From Hamiltosporidium tvaerminnensis FI-OER-3-3 (taxonomy: Eukaryota > Fungi > Microsporidia): 64,000 nt of DNA. Every line of letters starts with the position of its first letter. Positions within the stretch are counted from its first letter, which is position 1. The stretch is from assembly GCA_022605425.2 (NCBI GenBank), contig CM061247.1, forward strand, positions 1,116,001-1,180,000, read 5' to 3'. Below the pieces are notes generated by a model. That model had not been told where the DNA came from. It made no database searches and saw nothing but the letters and a program-made list of their open reading frames with translations. The position numbers and the translations under genes are program-made. Shown here one piece after another: positions 60,843 through 64,000 of the stretch.

Positions 60843-62106
60843 GAATATGGGGTACTCATGTAAATTTAAGGAGAAGTCTGAAAATACAAACCAATTAAAT
60901 TTTATATTTTTTCGATAAAAATTTACTGTTAAAAAAGTAGATTTTAATGATTAGAATAAATTTTCTTGGATTTTTTTTAAATAATTTATAATTATAACTT
61001 TTTTTTGCAAAAGATTTACATTTTGAGGTTTTTAATTGAAAGATTTTTAAAAAAATTTATTATTATAACTTTTTTTTGTAAAAGTAACTCTTTTTGAGGT
61101 TTTTAATTGAATATATTTTAAGATGGGAAAATTGAAATTTTATTTTGTTTTTTGTAAATCTTTAGTAGGATTTTCGTACTTTTAACAGAAATAAAAATTT
61201 ATTTTCCTATCCCAATTAAAGAAAAATAACCCAAAAATAATTTTTAAATTATAAAAAATATTTCATTTCTACCACCAACCCTTTTTTTTAGATTCGAGTA
61301 AAAAGGAAAAAATTTTAAAATTATTTTTTTAAGAAATACTAAAATATTTATTTATATTCTTGTGTTTTATGTTAATTTTTTATAATAAAAATCTATGATT
61401 TGTAAATTTGTTTCAATTATTAAAATACATTTCTGAAGCCTTTTTTTAAATACAAATCTTTATTTTCTATTCATTTATTAAGTCTTTTTATTATAAGTGA
61501 GTTAAATTTATTTTAATTTTTTTTTTAGTTAAAATTAAATTTCAATGGATTTACAATTAAAAGTATCAAAATTATATTTTTATTTTTCTTTCTACTCATA
61601 TAAAACTACAGTAAAAATTTATTTAAAAATTCTTCTTAATTGAAATTAATTCTATGGTAAATTAATAAGTGTAAGTAGTTTGATTAAAGGTTGTAGCGCT
61701 GCGGAGTTAGTTAGTTAGTTAGAGTAGTTTGATTATTTTTAGGTGAATATTAAAAATAATTATAAAATTTATAAGATAAGATTTAAGTGGTTAAAGAACT
61801 GGGGAAATATTCGAAAAATTAAAATAATTATTTTTTTAACTTAAAATTAAAAAAAATATTCAATTTTATTTAAAATATTTAAATTTAATAAAAAAAAATA
61901 AGTGAAATATTTATTTTAAGTGTCGTGTAAGGTGTAAAAGATTGTACATTTCATAAGTGATAAATTTGTTTTTACTGTACTCAACTGTAAAAGATATAAA
62001 TATTTTATTTTAAAATATTTTTTTGAAAAGCAAATAAATTTGATGAAAGGAATAAAAACGACAAAAAAATAATAAAAATATATTAAATTTAATTAATTTA
62101 ATTAAT

Positions 62107-62529
62107 TTAATGTTTTTGGTTTCCTTTCATTCTTCTCGTTTGCACCTCATTGTTTGAAATTTCACTTTGTTTTCTGTTTTTTCTCTCTTCAATAATATGT
62201 TGCAATCTTTTTTGAAAATTTATTGGTAATTTTCTCTGGGAATTTATTTTTAGTTTTTCTTCATCAATTACGTCTACGGCTGTTTCCTTCGGTTTAAAAT
62301 TTAATCTTCTTCGTACTTTGGAAGTAATATTATGTCTTAATAGGTTTCTTTCTTTTTCTCGATACTGTTTTCTAAGAAGTTTTATATCGCTCATTTTGTC
62401 GCACATTTGTTCCATTGTATAATTGTGATCAGTATTTTGAATTTGATTAGAAGGTGTCTTTATATATGGAGAAGAAGCTATTAAAAGACATTTAAAAATC
62501 AGTGTAAACGTTTTTATGTTAAATAGCAT
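62107..62529 (-). CDS. Small basic protein (140 aa) with putative signal peptide
   Basis: N-terminus MLFNIKTFTLIFKCLLIA followed by a K/R-rich charged region. Start context is CCT-ATG. Confidence 0.75.
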   Translation of the reverse strand: MLFNIKTFTLIFKCLLIASSPYIKTPSNQIQNTDHNYTMEQMCDKMSDIKLLRKQYREKERNLLRHNITSKVRRRLNFKPKETAVDVIDEEKLKINSQRKLPINFQKRLQHIIEERKNRKQSEISNNEVQTRRMKGNQKH

Positions 62530-64000
62530 AGGAGTCCAAACATTTATTATATTTATATTATTAATTAGGGTATTTAGGTTTAATTAATTACCAGATAAAA
62601 AACTTTTTATAATTTAATTAAGATTACAATATATTTTATCTTGATTAATACTTTTTTTGAACATTTATTCTGTCACTTCCGATTAATTTAAATAAGGAAA
62701 GACAAATTATATTTTTACACTTCATTTCTAGAGTAAAATCAATTCCAATACTTCTCTATTTATACGTAAATAAGGAAAATAATTTATATTTCCAATAGAA
62801 ATTTATAAGAAAGACTTTGATACATAAGTATTTAATATTATTAATATCAAAATAAATTATATTTCTTGATTTCATATCATAAATTTAATTACATTTTTAT
62901 CTTGGCTGAAATATTTTTGATAGATTAATCGGTATTTGAAATTACAAGTGAAAAAACTACGATTAGAAAACCTTTTTTTATCTTTTTAAGAAATCTTTAG
63001 AAATATTTTATCTTTTTGTGTGTAAATAAATGTATTTCTATCGTTGAAAAATATTTACTGATTAGGTTTTTAGAAATATCTTCTCGTTTTTCTAAAAAGC
63101 AGAATAAAAAAGGTATTTAATTACTTAAATATTAGTTAATATATAAACTCAGTTCTTTAAATATGAAATTTATCCAAATATTTTGTACAATAAATGTTTC
63201 ATTAAAGAAATTAAATTTTTGATTTTTATTCATATTAATTACAAGAAGCTTCGTTTACTTTTATTAGTCACATTCATTTAACTTGTTGACATTCAACTGA
63301 CATGAAAATATTTAATGTAGATTTATAATTTTACTATAGAGTAATTCAATTTATTTGAATAAAGTCTTTGATTTGCTTGAAGAATACGTTTTGGATTCTG
63401 AATCCTCTTTTTTAACTCAAATATTAAGGAAAAATAACAATTTATGGAATTCTGCTGATTTATTGCGATTTATATTTAATTAATGGATTATTGTAAGTAT
63501 TAAATTGGTTTTTGTATTAACTGCACAGAAATGTTTTATTTAAAATATTTAGAGTTAAAAATAATTTGTTAAAGATTTTGACCTAAATATCAGTTTTTTC
63601 TTTTTTATTAGAAAAGTAATTTATTTAATAATTTTTAATAAATATTTTTTATTATATAATCAACCAGATTTGGATATATTTGAATTAAATGCACACAAAT
63701 TTTTTGTATAAATCAAATAACTTTATTTAAATAAAAAAATTCTGTTTTATAAATCATATTTTCAATGTTATAAATCTTTCAGTAAAAAAACCTGTTTTTT
63801 TGTCAAATAAAATTGTCACTTAGCATTCAAATAAATTTCAAAAAATTTGTAAGCCTTTGAATCAATTTAATGTAAATTTCAACTTTAAATATGATGTATA
63901 ATTGATGATATATCTTCATTCAAGTTAACAATGGAATACAAAAAAGAATATTACGGTAAGAAAATGATACTAGGACTTATTTAGAATTCTTTGAATTTAA

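Noticed and set aside
60985-61112. Two-copy ~60-bp tandem duplication upstream of SHP1
   Set aside because: Low-complexity local duplication with no evidence of function.
61705-61722. (TTAG)n run resembling telomeric repeat
   Set aside because: Only about four units, not TTAGG, and internal; treated as a microsatellite.
1-64000. Most 60-120 aa ORFs in the track, and rRNA/tRNA genes
   Set aside because: The short ORFs are antisense shadows of real genes, TE fragments or AT-rich noise with non-ATG starts. No tRNA cloverleaf or rRNA sequence was recognised.

Overview
Strongly AT-rich, gene-sparse eukaryotic DNA. Intronless, highly divergent genes, CCC-type motifs just upstream of most ATGs, an expanded family of secreted/TM LRR proteins and abundant decayed transposons point to a large-genome microsporidian (Hamiltosporidium-like; inference only). 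The left half (1-34 kb) is an accessory region with four LRR paralogues: two intact, one broken by a single homopolymer frameshift, and one decayed and split by a Tc1/IS630 DD34E element. They are embedded among R4/Dong-type LINE relics, two Helitron families, a hAT MITE and gypsy relics. The right half holds a small CCC-ATG gene, an ABCG half-transporter, an Air1/2 zinc-knuckle gene between LTR-like repeats, a 1555-aa membrane-anchored protein, a Shp1/p47 UBX gene and a small basic secreted protein. The most striking signals are (i) a tandem array of nine phospho-FFAT-like (VAP-binding) motifs in the 1555-aa protein, (ii) three of four LRR genes lying just beyond Helitron 3' termini, (iii) a possible BTB-like domain in the LRR proteins, and (iv) a GC-rich structured-RNA-like island at ~37 kb. 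All alignments were made by eye; no searches were run.
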